The notes: generated by a model from the sequence alone, not told the origin. DNA of 64,000 bases from an uncultured virus (IMG/VR IMGVR_UViG_3300021387_001295) (IMGVR_UViG_3300021387_001295), one strand, 5' to 3'. Counted from the first letter of the stretch, positions 29,287 to 42,100 are shown. Program-made: numbers and translations.

Positions 29287-32049
29287 TTAATTACTTGACA
29301 TTCCTATAGCAAACCAATAAAACCCAATCGAATTACCAGTAAAATTACTAGCTACTCTAAATGTTCTAACTCTTCCCCAATAGCCATCACCTTCATCATT
29401 ATTAGGATATATATCCCAACAAGTTCTAGTCGGAACAGCACCATAACTTACTGTAAAACTATCACTACCATTTGTATATGCGGCTAAACGTGGATAATTG
29501 TTGTCTACACTACCTTTAGGTGATACTATAACAACAGGATACCAATAATAAGTAGTAGGAAAATTTATGGTTTTAGAACCACCACTTGCACTCCAACTAG
29601 AAAAATAATCTACACCCCAACATAATAATAATTTATTATTAGTTGAAGAACTACCACTAGTTGTATCTTTTGATAATGGTATCTTAACATATGTTGAGAA
29701 TGATGAATTTCCATTACCATTATAATCTTTTGGGTTATTTCTTTCAAACAAATCTTTAAATGATGTAAATGTTGAGTTAGTAATATATGATTGATTATTA
29801 ACCCAACTTTGTGTAGCTACTATATTACTTTGCACATATAATGGTTTATTCATATAAAAATAACTAGCGTCCGTATTAAAATTACAATATGTTGATGATG
29901 GATTAACTTCAAAATATTTACTACTATTAGTACTATAATATTTCATAGCAGTATATGTTAAGCTTAAGTACGAATCATAACTGTATAATCTCATATCAAC
30001 ATTAGAATACGAATCATTATCATAAACTGTTATACCATATCGTCTGTACTGTGTACTAGATCTACCCACAAATATATTATTATAATTTGAACTATTAGAA
30101 CCTATTTGTGTAATATTGCCAGTTGTACCACCAGTCCAGCTAGTAGAACGACAGTTTGAACTATTATCAACAAATATAAATGGAAATATAGTTTCGATAA
30201 TTGTATCAGAAGCACTTGCTGATGATATTTTACCAAATGCCATAGATTTTCCAGACCTGTTATAATCAATTAATATAATAGGAGGTCTTAATGTTGTTGT
30301 TTTTGTTACTGAATATCCAAATCTATCAGTTAAAGTTAATTGAAATTCATAAGTAGCTGTTGCATCAAAACTATAACCAGATAATAAAAAGTCATATTGC
30401 ATTGTTGTATCATAATTGCTACTGGTTAAAGTTGTTGAAGACCATGAAGAATCAGTAGTTTTCTTATATTTTAAAGTAGCAGTCATATAATTAATATTTT
30501 GACCTGGTCCTAAAGCACCAAAATCAATTATATCATAATATGTTAATGATGGACATTTAGTTCCAGTAATAGCACCACCAGCTACTACATGTATAAATGT
30601 TCCTTCTACATCTTGATTATCATTAGAATCTACTCTATATACATTAAACGTTGATAAAGTAGGTTTATTATATTGAATTGTATAATCACATATATTTAAA
30701 TCTTGTGACCTATTAATACCCCAACCAGAACCACCTTGATTTATAGAAATAAAATTCCAACGTTTATTATTATTATGATAACTTGAACCAGCATCATATC
30801 TATAATCTTTATTTTCAGTAGTAAATGTGTCATAATATGTTTTACTACTAGATAAATATTTTCCAGTATTATTAAATGGATCATTTAATAAATACCAATA
30901 ACCTTTTCCATTATGCCATATTTCAAATTTATGACATCCAGAAATATCTAATGAAGAACCGTCAGGATTACCACATCCACCTATAAATGTATATTCATAT
31001 CTATAATAAGATGTTAATCCAATCAAATTATATAAACGAGAATTATATGTTGTGTTATTTGTTATAGTAAATTTTCCTATAGATGGACATCCATCATTTA
31101 TTGTATCTCGCCATTCACTACCTTTGTTCATACCTATTTCAATTGGTATAAACGTTGTCCCAACAATATTACCACTATATCTTGTAATGCATTTTAAATA
31201 AGCAGTTGTATCAGATAATCTAGTAATACCTCTATTATATAATAAATTGTACAAATTAGTTAATGAATATGTGAATGACGAACCACTTGTCGCACTAATT
31301 ATTGTATAATCATCTAATATAGCGTATTCAGCATTTAAATGTTTAAATAATAATGGTGATTCATATCCTCCACCAATAACTAATATTCTTATTTCATGTG
31401 TATAATCTGAATCATTTGTATCGAAAGTGAATGATACTTCTCCTTGATAATAACCTGATTTTTCTAATCCCCAATAATATGAATTTAATAATGGAGTATG
31501 CGCTATACGTATTTGAGTATAATTTACAGTATAATTTAGTGATTTTCCTTGTAATGAACTAGAAGAATAAGAAGTTAATTCTGAAAATGTGGTATCTGAA
31601 CTTCTGGAACCAGTGGTTGGATTATGCCAATGTTCACCTAAAGAAAATCTAATAGCAGATCCAGTTATGGCACCAAATTCATCATTACTATAATTAGAGT
31701 ATCTAACAGAACTCATAGAGAATGTATATAAATCTTTTCCTAAACGTATTTTAATACTTCCATTTGAATCAACATATTGTATATAGTTTCCACCAGAATC
31801 TTTAAATTGTATATAAGCATAAACTCTAGAAAAAGTATATGCATAACCATAATCATATCTTGTCATTTCATACAATGGTGAAGATGAATCATAATAATCG
31901 GTATACGAACGTTCTGATTTATTATATCCATCTGGTATCGCAACTATTGTTGTAACCATTGTATAACTAGTACCACCGTTTGCTGGTGTTACTGTTGTAT
32001 CCCAAGATGTTTTAGTATAATTATTTTTTAAATAACCGCCATATTTCAT
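29287..32049 (-). CDS. minor tail / receptor-binding protein
   Basis: S/T/Y-rich, 920 aa; YEFQLTLTDRF, GKSMAFGK, C-terminal LLCWG...INFPTTY...FYWFAIG fibre tip. Confidence 0.65.
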   Translation of the reverse strand: MKYGGYLKNNYTKTSWDTTVTPANGGTSYTMVTTIVAIPDGYNKSERSYTDYYDSSSPLYEMTRYDYGYAYTFSRVYAYIQFKDSGGNYIQYVDSNGSIKIRLGKDLYTFSMSSVRYSNYSNDEFGAITGSAIRFSLGEHWHNPTTGSRSSDTTFSELTSYSSSSLQGKSLNYTVNYTQIRIAHTPLLNSYYWGLEKSGYYQGEVSFTFDTNDSDYTHEIRILVIGGGYESPLLFKHLNAEYAILDDYTIISATSGSSFTYSLTNLYNLLYNRGITRLSDTTAYLKCITRYSGNIVGTTFIPIEIGMNKGSEWRDTINDGCPSIGKFTITNNTTYNSRLYNLIGLTSYYRYEYTFIGGCGNPDGSSLDISGCHKFEIWHNGKGYWYLLNDPFNNTGKYLSSSKTYYDTFTTENKDYRYDAGSSYHNNNKRWNFISINQGGSGWGINRSQDLNICDYTIQYNKPTLSTFNVYRVDSNDNQDVEGTFIHVVAGGAITGTKCPSLTYYDIIDFGALGPGQNINYMTATLKYKKTTDSSWSSTTLTSSNYDTTMQYDFLLSGYSFDATATYEFQLTLTDRFGYSVTKTTTLRPPIILIDYNRSGKSMAFGKISSASASDTIIETIFPFIFVDNSSNCRSTSWTGGTTGNITQIGSNSSNYNNIFVGRSSTQYRRYGITVYDNDSYSNVDMRLYSYDSYLSLTYTAMKYYSTNSSKYFEVNPSSTYCNFNTDASYFYMNKPLYVQSNIVATQSWVNNQSYITNSTFTSFKDLFERNNPKDYNGNGNSSFSTYVKIPLSKDTTSGSSSTNNKLLLCWGVDYFSSWSASGGSKTINFPTTYYWYPVVIVSPKGSVDNNYPRLAAYTNGSDSFTVSYGAVPTRTCWDIYPNNDEGDGYWGRVRTFRVASNFTGNSIGFYWFAIGMSSN

Positions 32050-35000
32050 CTAATTCACCACCTTCTTAAATGTTAAATTTCCAGATTTACCAGGAACAAA
32101 TGCAAAGTTTCCAAGATTCAATTGTGTCATAATCTTCGCATTAGTTACTTGCAATTCGCCATCTGACAAATAAGCAACTCTTTGTCCCCATTGATAAAAT
32201 CCTATTATATCATTTTCTATTTTTAATGTAACAGCATTTCCTTCTTCACCAAGAACTATGTTACCATTTTCAAATCTAATGTATCTATTTAAATTATTAA
32301 AATTTTGTGTTAATATATTAAATGCCATCTCCCAACCATTAGCCGTTGTTCCAAAAGTTGTATTTAAAGAACGTTCAATTTCTTTTAATGTTTCACTAAC
32401 ATTTATATAGCATGAATTTATTAAATAAGCATCACTATAAGTTATAGCATTTGTATCCCATTCCATTCTTTCACGTTTCCACAAATATTTAGTTTTATCA
32501 TTTATGGTTGGAACATAATTAACCCAGCTGCCACCAGTTATTGAAGCTCCGCTATCTGAAAGATAATATTGATTATAAAAATTGTTCAATCCCTTTTGTG
32601 CTATTTCAAATCTTACACGACCAGTATCTGTACCAGTATGTACAGAACCATCTTTAGTGTATTTAATTATTATGTCATTATTACCAGAAGATAAATTAAC
32701 ATAAACTTCACCACTAGATTTGCCCGCTGTAGAAACACCATTAATGGTTAGATAATCACAATATAATTCAGAATCTTGTTCATATATAATTTTAAGTTTT
32801 GCATATCCAGTAGAAGAATAAATCCTAAATGTAGATTGACAAGTACTACTATTTTGATTTTGATTAGTATTAATATACCAATCTCCACTCTTTTGAAAAT
32901 TATATGGAAATTCACTTTGGGTTATTAATGTTACGCTTGGTATTGTTGGTGATGAAAATTGATCAACGCAACGTGGTAACATTTCTGAATAAGTACCATC
33001 AGAATAATTAACAATGTTTTTAATCCATAAATTTTTACCTCTCATCCCAGACGGATAATTAGTAATCCATCCTTCAACAGGTGCTATTAATCCATCACTT
33101 GTATTATAATATACATCAACTGATTGAATCCATTTATTAATCTTATTATTAATATTATTAATTTCTTCATGTGATGTATTTAAAGCTTCTGCTAAAAATG
33201 GATCAGTATAAGTCGTTTGGTATACAGTTGTACCATCATATGTCCATTCGATTTTCATACGCATCCATATAAATTTGTTTTCTTCCCATTGTGGCATATT
33301 AGTACTCCAAGAACCACCAGAACGAGTTGTGTTACTTGTAGATAAATAATATTGTTCAACAATTGATTTAATACCTAAACCATCATCACCACTTTGTCCA
33401 GGGTTTCCTTGAGGACCTGTATTACCAGTGATACATACTGGGTTATCCTCACGAGTAGTGTCATCGTTAAAGGTAACAATATTTTTAGCCCAAATATAAT
33501 AACCTTGTTGCCATCTTGGTGTGTCTGTAGACCAACCACTTGTTGGAGCAGTTGTATTATCTTGATTTCGTGCATATTGTGTTTGAATAGATTTGATAGT
33601 TAAACTTAAAGCTGATTGTGCATCTTGAATATCACTTTTCATATCATCTATGGTTTGTTTTAAATCTTTAGTTCCAGAATCAAATCTTATACTATCAGCT
33701 TTTATCTCTAATTTATAGGTATTTGTTGCTTGATCATAGAAATATTTCATAAAACGATTAGCATCACCAACAGCCATTTCTCCAGAATCATTTAAATACA
33801 AACCTTGTGCATTAGATGTTGCAGAAGTTTTCAAATGTGAATGAATAGAATGAGTATCAATATCAAAACCACCAATTGTAGCTCCAAAAGCAACTAAATC
33901 AGAAACTCTAATTTTATCAGCAGTTACTGATTGCGCTATAATATTGGTTCCATCCAATCCATTTTGATAAGTTGAACTTAATTTATAAAACGTATTAGTT
34001 TGAAATGTTGGGGCTTCAATATCAGTTAAATGCACATATTCATTATTTACTATTTTATAATAATCTTTATAATTTTCTTCCCAATCATCTGGTTCTTCAG
34101 TTAGTAATACAAATTTAGCAGCTTCAGAAGTACTTATATGATCAAGACCATCAATATTAAGTTTATAATATATACCGTCTTCGCCTAAAACAACTAATTT
34201 GTCTGCTTTGATTGTATTACCTTCTATTAAATCTCCTTTAATTGTAACACCAACTAATTCTCCAGTAATTTTACCTTGTTCTACAATTAAATCTTTAATT
34301 ATACCAGAATCTGTGAATAATTTTTCTATAGCAGCCATACCGATATTACTAAAATCTATTTCAGCATACTTAGCTTTTAATGAATCAATAGTAGCTTGAT
34401 TAATCGTAGCAAAATCGATATTTACCATTTTAGCAGTTAAATTATCGATTGCTGCAACTGTAATATTTGCTAAATCTATATCGGCAAAGTTAGCTTTAAG
34501 TTTGTTAATAGCTGCTCGACCAATATTAGCAAAATCTATTTGTGCATAACGAGCATTAAGATGTTCTACATCTAATTCTTCTAATTCTGCTTTTAATGCT
34601 TTGATAACTTCTGCTGAAACATAAACAAAATCAGCATTATATGCTTGCACATTATTAAAATATGCTCGAACAGCATCTAAATCATCTGCTGATATATGAC
34701 TAGATTCTATTATTTCAGATTTAATCTTTTCTATTTCAGCATTAATAACTTTCATATCTTCAGCATTCAAATGATCAATTGTAGCATAAGTAGCTTTTAA
34801 TTCTTCAATTTCAGCATATACTGCATGTAATTCTTCAATATTAGCGATAATAGCTTGTATTTGTTCAAAGTAACCAGTAATTGCATAAATTTCATCAGTA
34901 GTAATTTTATGTGAAATTATTATATCAAACTCTTCTATTTTTCCATGATCTGATTCGCCATCAGATGAACTATAAGAAGGATCTGATAAATTACCAGTAA

Positions 35001-35220
35001 CAGTAACAGAGTGATTTTCAACTTTAAGTCTTACTCTATCACCTTGTTTAACTGTTACAGTTCTTTCAAAGGGGGTCAATAATTCAGACCCATCTATACG
35101 TACAAAGCTATCAGAACCGACTCTAACAACTTCACCATAAGCAGTTGTGTTTTCTTGTTCTTTGCTCTTATCGTTTGTTATCTTTGCAAATTCAGATAAC
35201 AATTGATTAGATAAAGCCAT
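32050..35220 (-). CDS. tail host-specificity / central fibre protein
   Basis: Beta-helix-like repeats, WSTDTP..GYYIW repeats, collagen-like GNTGPQGNPGQ, C-terminal YIRFENGNIVLG. Confidence 0.7.
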   Translation of the reverse strand: MALSNQLLSEFAKITNDKSKEQENTTAYGEVVRVGSDSFVRIDGSELLTPFERTVTVKQGDRVRLKVENHSVTVTGNLSDPSYSSSDGESDHGKIEEFDIIISHKITTDEIYAITGYFEQIQAIIANIEELHAVYAEIEELKATYATIDHLNAEDMKVINAEIEKIKSEIIESSHISADDLDAVRAYFNNVQAYNADFVYVSAEVIKALKAELEELDVEHLNARYAQIDFANIGRAAINKLKANFADIDLANITVAAIDNLTAKMVNIDFATINQATIDSLKAKYAEIDFSNIGMAAIEKLFTDSGIIKDLIVEQGKITGELVGVTIKGDLIEGNTIKADKLVVLGEDGIYYKLNIDGLDHISTSEAAKFVLLTEEPDDWEENYKDYYKIVNNEYVHLTDIEAPTFQTNTFYKLSSTYQNGLDGTNIIAQSVTADKIRVSDLVAFGATIGGFDIDTHSIHSHLKTSATSNAQGLYLNDSGEMAVGDANRFMKYFYDQATNTYKLEIKADSIRFDSGTKDLKQTIDDMKSDIQDAQSALSLTIKSIQTQYARNQDNTTAPTSGWSTDTPRWQQGYYIWAKNIVTFNDDTTREDNPVCITGNTGPQGNPGQSGDDGLGIKSIVEQYYLSTSNTTRSGGSWSTNMPQWEENKFIWMRMKIEWTYDGTTVYQTTYTDPFLAEALNTSHEEINNINNKINKWIQSVDVYYNTSDGLIAPVEGWITNYPSGMRGKNLWIKNIVNYSDGTYSEMLPRCVDQFSSPTIPSVTLITQSEFPYNFQKSGDWYINTNQNQNSSTCQSTFRIYSSTGYAKLKIIYEQDSELYCDYLTINGVSTAGKSSGEVYVNLSSGNNDIIIKYTKDGSVHTGTDTGRVRFEIAQKGLNNFYNQYYLSDSGASITGGSWVNYVPTINDKTKYLWKRERMEWDTNAITYSDAYLINSCYINVSETLKEIERSLNTTFGTTANGWEMAFNILTQNFNNLNRYIRFENGNIVLGEEGNAVTLKIENDIIGFYQWGQRVAYLSDGELQVTNAKIMTQLNLGNFAFVPGKSGNLTFKKVVN

Positions 35221-35226
35221 AAATTA

Positions 35227-36303
35227 TCACCTCCATAAATTTGTAGTAAATGTAGCTTTCTCTGTTACTTGACAACCAGTTTTACATGTAATTGATTGCG
35301 AAATTATTTTAGCTTTAATATCCTCTATACCAGCTTTTTTATAATTTAATCTAACACAATCACCTAATCTAGTTCCACAATAACCATGAGAAAAACTCAC
35401 AGTATACTCTAAAGAAGATAATTCTTCTAGAGTACGTTTAGCATAATTTTCAACTTGTAGTTGAGATGGCATACCACCCATATTAGGATTAACAACTCTA
35501 TGAACTATTTCACGTCCTCTACTTTTGACAGAAACAGGACTATCAGGATTGTTATTTACTACTCTAGCTGAATAATTATGCCTACTTGCTGTATAAATAA
35601 CTTCAACAACATTTGGTATACCATATAAATCTCTATTTACACTTATTTCTGGTAATAATATAGAACTATTATCATCATTAAAAGTATAAACTGGTTTCAT
35701 AGCTGCTGGTTTTTGTTTAACAGCAAACATAATTTGACTTTTTTCGTCAAGTCTTAATTCATAATTTGCATTATCAATTAAATCTATAATAAAATGACAC
35801 CAATTTTCATCTAAATTAGCTACAAAATCATCTTTTAATTTCTTTGTGTTATCTTCTAATTCAGGAGGTATTACTGGTGCTCTAACACTTTCCCTAACAA
35901 TACGATATGCATTATCTAATATATACTCATCTTTAAGAATTGAATAACCAATAGGCGGATTCTTTTCTTTTAATTCTACTAATGGTGAATAAGCATCAAG
36001 AGACAAATCTTGACGATATCCATTAAAACTTAAATTAGGAGTTTGTACAAGAAATGTCCCTAAACAATGCTTTTCTGTAATTCCATTTTGAATTGTTATG
36101 AGGTATATACGAACATAACATTCTCCAAGAGTTTCAGTAACATTTATGGTTGCTGTTTCTAATGTATCAGTTGTAGCATCTCTATCTATATTAGAAGAAA
36201 GTACAGTATCAATACGTCTAACTTCTTTCCATGTTCCAGGATCTACTATATAGTATTCAAAAGTCTGTTGCATAGATTGTGTCCAGTCAACCATATTATG
36301 CAC
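35227..36303 (-). CDS. tail hub / baseplate protein
   Basis: Position after distal-tail gene; LGTFLVQTP, IPNVVEV, RGREI. Confidence 0.6.
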   Translation of the reverse strand: MHNMVDWTQSMQQTFEYYIVDPGTWKEVRRIDTVLSSNIDRDATTDTLETATINVTETLGECYVRIYLITIQNGITEKHCLGTFLVQTPNLSFNGYRQDLSLDAYSPLVELKEKNPPIGYSILKDEYILDNAYRIVRESVRAPVIPPELEDNTKKLKDDFVANLDENWCHFIIDLIDNANYELRLDEKSQIMFAVKQKPAAMKPVYTFNDDNSSILLPEISVNRDLYGIPNVVEVIYTASRHNYSARVVNNNPDSPVSVKSRGREIVHRVVNPNMGGMPSQLQVENYAKRTLEELSSLEYTVSFSHGYCGTRLGDCVRLNYKKAGIEDIKAKIISQSITCKTGCQVTEKATFTTNLWR

Positions 36304-39160
36304 CTCCTTCTACTCTTGTTACTTCAAATGTTACAGGTATTGTTGTTTCTCTATGTGTTTGACTAAACGAAACACCAATATGTGCCCAATAACCACTACC
36401 TGATGGTTCTCTTACATATACATTACCCATATAAACAGATAATCTACGTAAAGTATAAAGTGTTTCTTTATCATCCATTGGTATAGTAGTTTGCCATGTT
36501 GCTGTTTCACCTAATTGTGTTCCATAATAAGAAACTGGATGCTTACGACCGACATAATTAGTCATTTCAACATCTTTACTATTCTTATTAGAAACATTAA
36601 TATTATATGGTAAACGAACTAATGAACCAGACCAAGGTTGATCTTCTAATTTTGTAGTTTCATTATCAACATCAAATGTACTCCATTGTTCATCCCATTG
36701 TATAATGATTGCTTTTTCTTGTGTTGGATAAGCAGCAGTATCAGTATAACTAATTGCACCAGTTTGTTGATCTTCTGCTACAATTCTATATCTAGCAAAA
36801 TCTAAAGCTGGATGAGGATCGGTCACAAAAGTTTTCTTTAAATTTTCTAAATCTTTTCCAATTTCTGTGAAAGAACCATCAAACTCTCTTCTATATACTG
36901 ATAATTTAACATTAGGTACTAATTCTTCATCGCCAACATATTCAATATATTGAACTTTATTACCATGATCATCTTTACCTTCATAAATAGTATACAAACG
37001 TTTTCTATCTTCTCGTTCTACCCATTCTCCAGTATCATCATCGTAATATCGAATCCACCAATAATCGCCATCTTCATAATAAGCATCACCAAGTAAATAA
37101 CCTCTTTCAGAAATATTAATAAATGTATCACGAACATAATATCTTATTCCCCATTCTGTATCATCAGAGCTTCCTCTTCCAGAAGAAACTGCTCTTTTAA
37201 ATTTAACTGGGGTATGTGTACAATAAGGACGTATATATGCTGTATAATTAGATTTATCATATCCAACTTCTGCTTTAGGAGTATATATAGTATCAGCAAA
37301 TGTTACACTAAATGCATAATCTTGTGATGCTGTTAAACCAGAATCCATAGATACAGTAACATTCAATGTATATGATGCACTATTCTCTAAATCTACTAAA
37401 TTAGGTCTCATTTCAAGTGCTAATGTTTGTCCTGTTATATCATAGTATTTAGAAAATACTAAATCTCCTTTACTAACATGCATAGGATTACCTATTCTAT
37501 CTGTAGTATCATAATCACTATTAGACATTATACTTACATGATATCCAACTGGTGTTTGGCTAGCAGGTCCAGGTAAAGCCTTTATATAAAATGGAAATTC
37601 ATTAACAACATATATTTGATTATTATTTTTATCACGCATAGATACTTCAACAGTAGGTGGGTCAAATATTTCTATTTGTCTTTGTGTTGACCATTCACCA
37701 TATTCTTTAGTTATACCGGCTGTTCTAACTCTCCATAATACTTTGGTATCACGTGTTAATAATTGTCTATAATTTTGTGTTAAATTAAATACTTTAACAT
37801 CATCTTTATGATCTTCATCAGCATACTGAGCATTAGTGATATCTCTAGTATATCTAACACCATTTATTATTAATTCTAATTGTGCATACGTTTCTGTAGA
37901 GCCATCTTCAGCATTATGAACCCAGAATAATAATACTTCTTCACCAACCATTGCCGTAGTATTTGAAGACCATGTTGTTGGTGCATCTGGTTTAGAACCA
38001 ATAACTGTAGATTTATAAGGAGACCAACTAGATTCTCCATTTTGATTTACTGCACGTATCCTTACATAATAAGTTTTACCTGTGTCAAGACCAGTTAATA
38101 TATGAGATGTACCATGAAGACCAGTAACAACTGTTGTATTAGTAGATACATCAAAGTACGCTTTATCAGTAGTATATTCTATATCATAACTATCAGTATT
38201 TTGTGTAGTATTCCATTCTACATATATTTCAGTTTTAGAATTAGCTCTAACGGTTTTTAATCCTGGTGGGGTACCGGGTTTTGTTCCTTGATTATTAGAA
38301 TATTGACCCCATTCAGAATAAATAGAACTATTTGTCTTTTTATATGCTCTAGCTCTAACTTTATATCGTCCACCAGCATTAATATTACATGAATAAGATG
38401 CTGAATTTGTATGAACATTAACTGTTGCACGATTAAATACATATGAATCATCACGTACAATTTCAAATTCAATTTTTCCAGTGTCATTATTAATATTTAT
38501 TAATTCAGCAGTTAATTTAAAATCATCGATTGTAACAGCGGGTGTTCCTGGAGTAGTTGGTTTTGCTTCTTCAAACGTATATGTTTTAAGTTGTGACCAA
38601 CTTCCAACCCAATGTTTAACATCTTGATTATTAACTTTATATGTTGTAGAATGTGGCATAATCTTAACTTTAACTGCTAGTGCATTAGCAGGAGCATTGA
38701 ATGTTGATTCACAATGTTTTGTATTATTTTCTGCACCAACAAAATCATGCCCATTTGCCGTTCGATAATACCAAATAACTTCATAGTGATCAGTATTACC
38801 TCTACCCCAACCCCAAGTAACAAATACTGTCCTATCAGTTCCTGATTGTAAACCAAAACTATATATTGTTACAGCGCCCGCATTTGCTGGTGTTGGTATT
38901 GATACTTTTTTTACGGTTGTTTGTGTACCAGAACTTGAAGAAGAAGGAGCTGGCGCTGGAGTTGATGAAGAACTATCATCATATTCTTCAGTACCAACTA
39001 TAAATCTTTGGCCTGGATAAATTAAATTCGGATTTGAAATATTATTCCAAGCCGCAATTTTAGGATATCTTGCCCCATTTCCTAAGAAACGTTTAGCAAT
39101 TGCCCATAATGTATCGCCTTTTTTAACAGTATAATAAATATTTCTATAGGCTCTAGCCAT
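36296..39160 (-). CDS. LysM + fibronectin type III tail protein (distal-tail position)
   Basis: YTVKKGDTLWAIA LysM; FN3 signatures (YKVRARAY, LTGLDTGKTYYVRIRAVN); immediately after the tape measure. Confidence 0.7.
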   Translation of the reverse strand: MARAYRNIYYTVKKGDTLWAIAKRFLGNGARYPKIAAWNNISNPNLIYPGQRFIVGTEEYDDSSSSTPAPAPSSSSSGTQTTVKKVSIPTPANAGAVTIYSFGLQSGTDRTVFVTWGWGRGNTDHYEVIWYYRTANGHDFVGAENNTKHCESTFNAPANALAVKVKIMPHSTTYKVNNQDVKHWVGSWSQLKTYTFEEAKPTTPGTPAVTIDDFKLTAELININNDTGKIEFEIVRDDSYVFNRATVNVHTNSASYSCNINAGGRYKVRARAYKKTNSSIYSEWGQYSNNQGTKPGTPPGLKTVRANSKTEIYVEWNTTQNTDSYDIEYTTDKAYFDVSTNTTVVTGLHGTSHILTGLDTGKTYYVRIRAVNQNGESSWSPYKSTVIGSKPDAPTTWSSNTTAMVGEEVLLFWVHNAEDGSTETYAQLELIINGVRYTRDITNAQYADEDHKDDVKVFNLTQNYRQLLTRDTKVLWRVRTAGITKEYGEWSTQRQIEIFDPPTVEVSMRDKNNNQIYVVNEFPFYIKALPGPASQTPVGYHVSIMSNSDYDTTDRIGNPMHVSKGDLVFSKYYDITGQTLALEMRPNLVDLENSASYTLNVTVSMDSGLTASQDYAFSVTFADTIYTPKAEVGYDKSNYTAYIRPYCTHTPVKFKRAVSSGRGSSDDTEWGIRYYVRDTFINISERGYLLGDAYYEDGDYWWIRYYDDDTGEWVEREDRKRLYTIYEGKDDHGNKVQYIEYVGDEELVPNVKLSVYRREFDGSFTEIGKDLENLKKTFVTDPHPALDFARYRIVAEDQQTGAISYTDTAAYPTQEKAIIIQWDEQWSTFDVDNETTKLEDQPWSGSLVRLPYNINVSNKNSKDVEMTNYVGRKHPVSYYGTQLGETATWQTTIPMDDKETLYTLRRLSVYMGNVYVREPSGSGYWAHIGVSFSQTHRETTIPVTFEVTRVEGGA

Positions 39161-39163
39161 TTA

Positions 39164-42100
39164 TTACCTCCTCCTTTCTACTTTAGCAGCATGGACTAAT
39201 GTCTTAACTGCTTCTGCTATTTCAGAACCATCATCATATGTGATTCCATCAATATTATACGTATCTCCCTTAGCATTACCTAAGCTATTACGTAATTTAT
39301 CTATAGCGGAAACTACATCAGAATTTCCATTTTGATTTCTTCCACGCATTCCATTTGAGATGGCTCCTAAATTGCCAGCAAGGGCTGGGGTCATTGAGCC
39401 AAACATAGAATTCATAGAATTTAAACCATTACTTACACCATCTAAATCTAATACAGGACGAATTACTGGATTAGTATCCATTCCTCCTTCTACCATATCA
39501 GATATTCTGGTTATAGCTTTTGATAGTCCTTCTCTAGCCTGTTCGCCAACAGAATGTGCTGATGTATAAACTTTAGAAGCAAAGTTCATAATACCTTTAA
39601 CTAAACCTAAATCAAAGAAATTACCTAATTTTTCTGCTTCTCTAGATGGTGAATGAGCATCAATTGCAGACTTAGCTGCATTTAAAGCTGCTTGACCAAC
39701 TGAACTACCAGCATTTCTAGCGAGATATTGATTATTATAAATACCTCTAGCGAATCCTTGAACAAAGTTAGCACCAGCTCTCTCAGCAGCATTAACCATA
39801 TCCCAACTGCTTAGAGCATTAACACCTGCCCAACCAATTGAGTTAAATTTATTTTCAACTTCCCATTTCTTTCCTTCAGCTGCATGTAATAATGCATTAA
39901 TAATGTTTGTAATACCTTCCGCAACTTGTCTTTGTGGATCCATAGATGTAAAAGCATCTACGAAACTACGAACGCCATTATTTGCTAAAGTTTTTAATGT
40001 TACAGCAAATGTTGCTAATCCAATAATATTTTCAGCACCAAGTTGTTTAGCCATAGCAATTAATTGAGTCGTTTTATCAATAGCATCTGCTAAAGTATTT
40101 GAACCAACTCCAGACATACTTGCTATAAATTCTTTTAATTTATATGAGAATGATATAGCACAAGCACCGAATTCTTCAAGAGCTTTTCCTGTACTCTTAA
40201 CATCTAAAGCACTCATACCAGCAAGTATTCCCATTGCTTCAACCGCTATTCTACATGTTTCAACTTGATTTGTTCCGAATGTTCCAATATTACTCATAAA
40301 TTTATTTAAGTTAGTTGCAACGGCTGGAAATTTTTCAGAGAATTTTCCAAGATCATTATCACCTGAAAACAATTGTGCTAAACCACCTGATTTAGGAATT
40401 TGTGATGCTGATTGTGACATAGCTAGGACTGCTTTTGAAGCACAATCTACAGTATCAACACTCTTTTGAGTAAAGGTACCTAAATTTGTAGCAAAGGCTT
40501 TTAAATTTGAACCTACCCCCGGTAATTTATCAGCAAATGTAGATATCGAATTATCTCCAAATATCTTAGCCCATAATCCACCTTCATTAGGTATAGTATT
40601 AGCAGCATTAGCTAAGTTAACTATAGCATCTCCTGCTGCTTTAACAGTAGACACTTGTTGGTCTGTGAATGTTCCTAAATTAGATAAGAATGATGCTAAG
40701 TCTGAACCTAGTTTAGGTAAATATCCAGAGAATGTAGCAAGTGAGTTATCACCAGCTATCTTAGCCCATAATCCACCTTCATTAGGTATCTTCTGAGCTG
40801 CTTCAGCTAACTTAACAATAGCATCTCCTACACAAGTAACTGTCGCTACCTGAGCTTCATTAAATGTTCCTAAATTTGTTAAGAATGAAGCGATATCAGA
40901 ACCTAATTTAGGTAAATATCCACTAAATGTAGCTAGGGAGTTATCACCCGCTATCTTAGCCCATAATCCACCTTCATTAGGTATCTTCTGAGCTGCTTCT
41001 GCAAGTTTAACTATCGCATCACCAACAGCTTGAACTGTTTTAATCTGTGGTTCATCAAATGTTCCAAGATTAGTTATAAAACTATTTAAATCAGATCCTA
41101 ATCCAGGTAAATAACTTGAAAATGTAGCAAGAGAATTATCTCCAGCTAGTTTAGCCCATAATCCACCTTCATTAGGTATCTTTTCAGCTGCTTCTGCAAG
41201 TTTAACTATCGCATTACCAGCAGCTTCTACAGTCCTTAATTTACCATCATCGAATGAACCTAAATTAGTTATAAACGCATTTAAATTCTTTGCTAAATCC
41301 GGTAGATCTTTTCCAAATGTTGCAAGAGAATTATCGCCAGCTAATGCTTCCCATAATCCACCTTTAGCAGGTATCTTTTCAGCAGCACCAGCAAGTTTTA
41401 ATATTGCATCTCCAGCAGCTTGAACAGTATTCACTTGAGCGTCACTAAATGTTCCTAAACTATCAACAAATTTCTTTAAATGTTCACCAAGTCCAGGTAA
41501 TTCGGCACCCCATTTAGCAATACTATTATCACCAGCGAGAAATGACCATAAACCACCTTCATTAGGTATCTTTTGAGCTGCTTCAGCTAAAGCAACAATA
41601 GCTTTACCAGCGCATTCAACAGTCTTAACTCGTTGATCATCAAAATTTCCAAGATTATCAGCAAATTGTTTTAAACTATTACCTAATTCTGCGATCTGTT
41701 TTCCAAAGTCTGCTAATGAATGTCCACCAACAAAGAAACCAACAACACTTGTCAATGAATCAACAAAATTAGCAGCTGATAGTATTAACATAGCTTTTGA
41801 TAAAGTTGTTATACCATCTAATATTTTAGGATCTATTGTAGGTGCTATAGCCAAGAATGGTTGCATGTTAATCATAAAATCAGACATACTCTTACCAAGG
41901 CTAGCTAAATCTCCTCCAATAGATATTAATTCCAATATTTGTGCAACAAAGCTTGAAGCTCCTAATAATAAGATAGCTCCAGACAATAATGCAATCTTTC
42001 CAAGAATATCAGGTGAAATTTGTTTAACACCTGCTAAGAATGGTTGTATATTAACCATAAACATCGATAGATTATCGGCTACTTCTGGTAATACAGAAGT

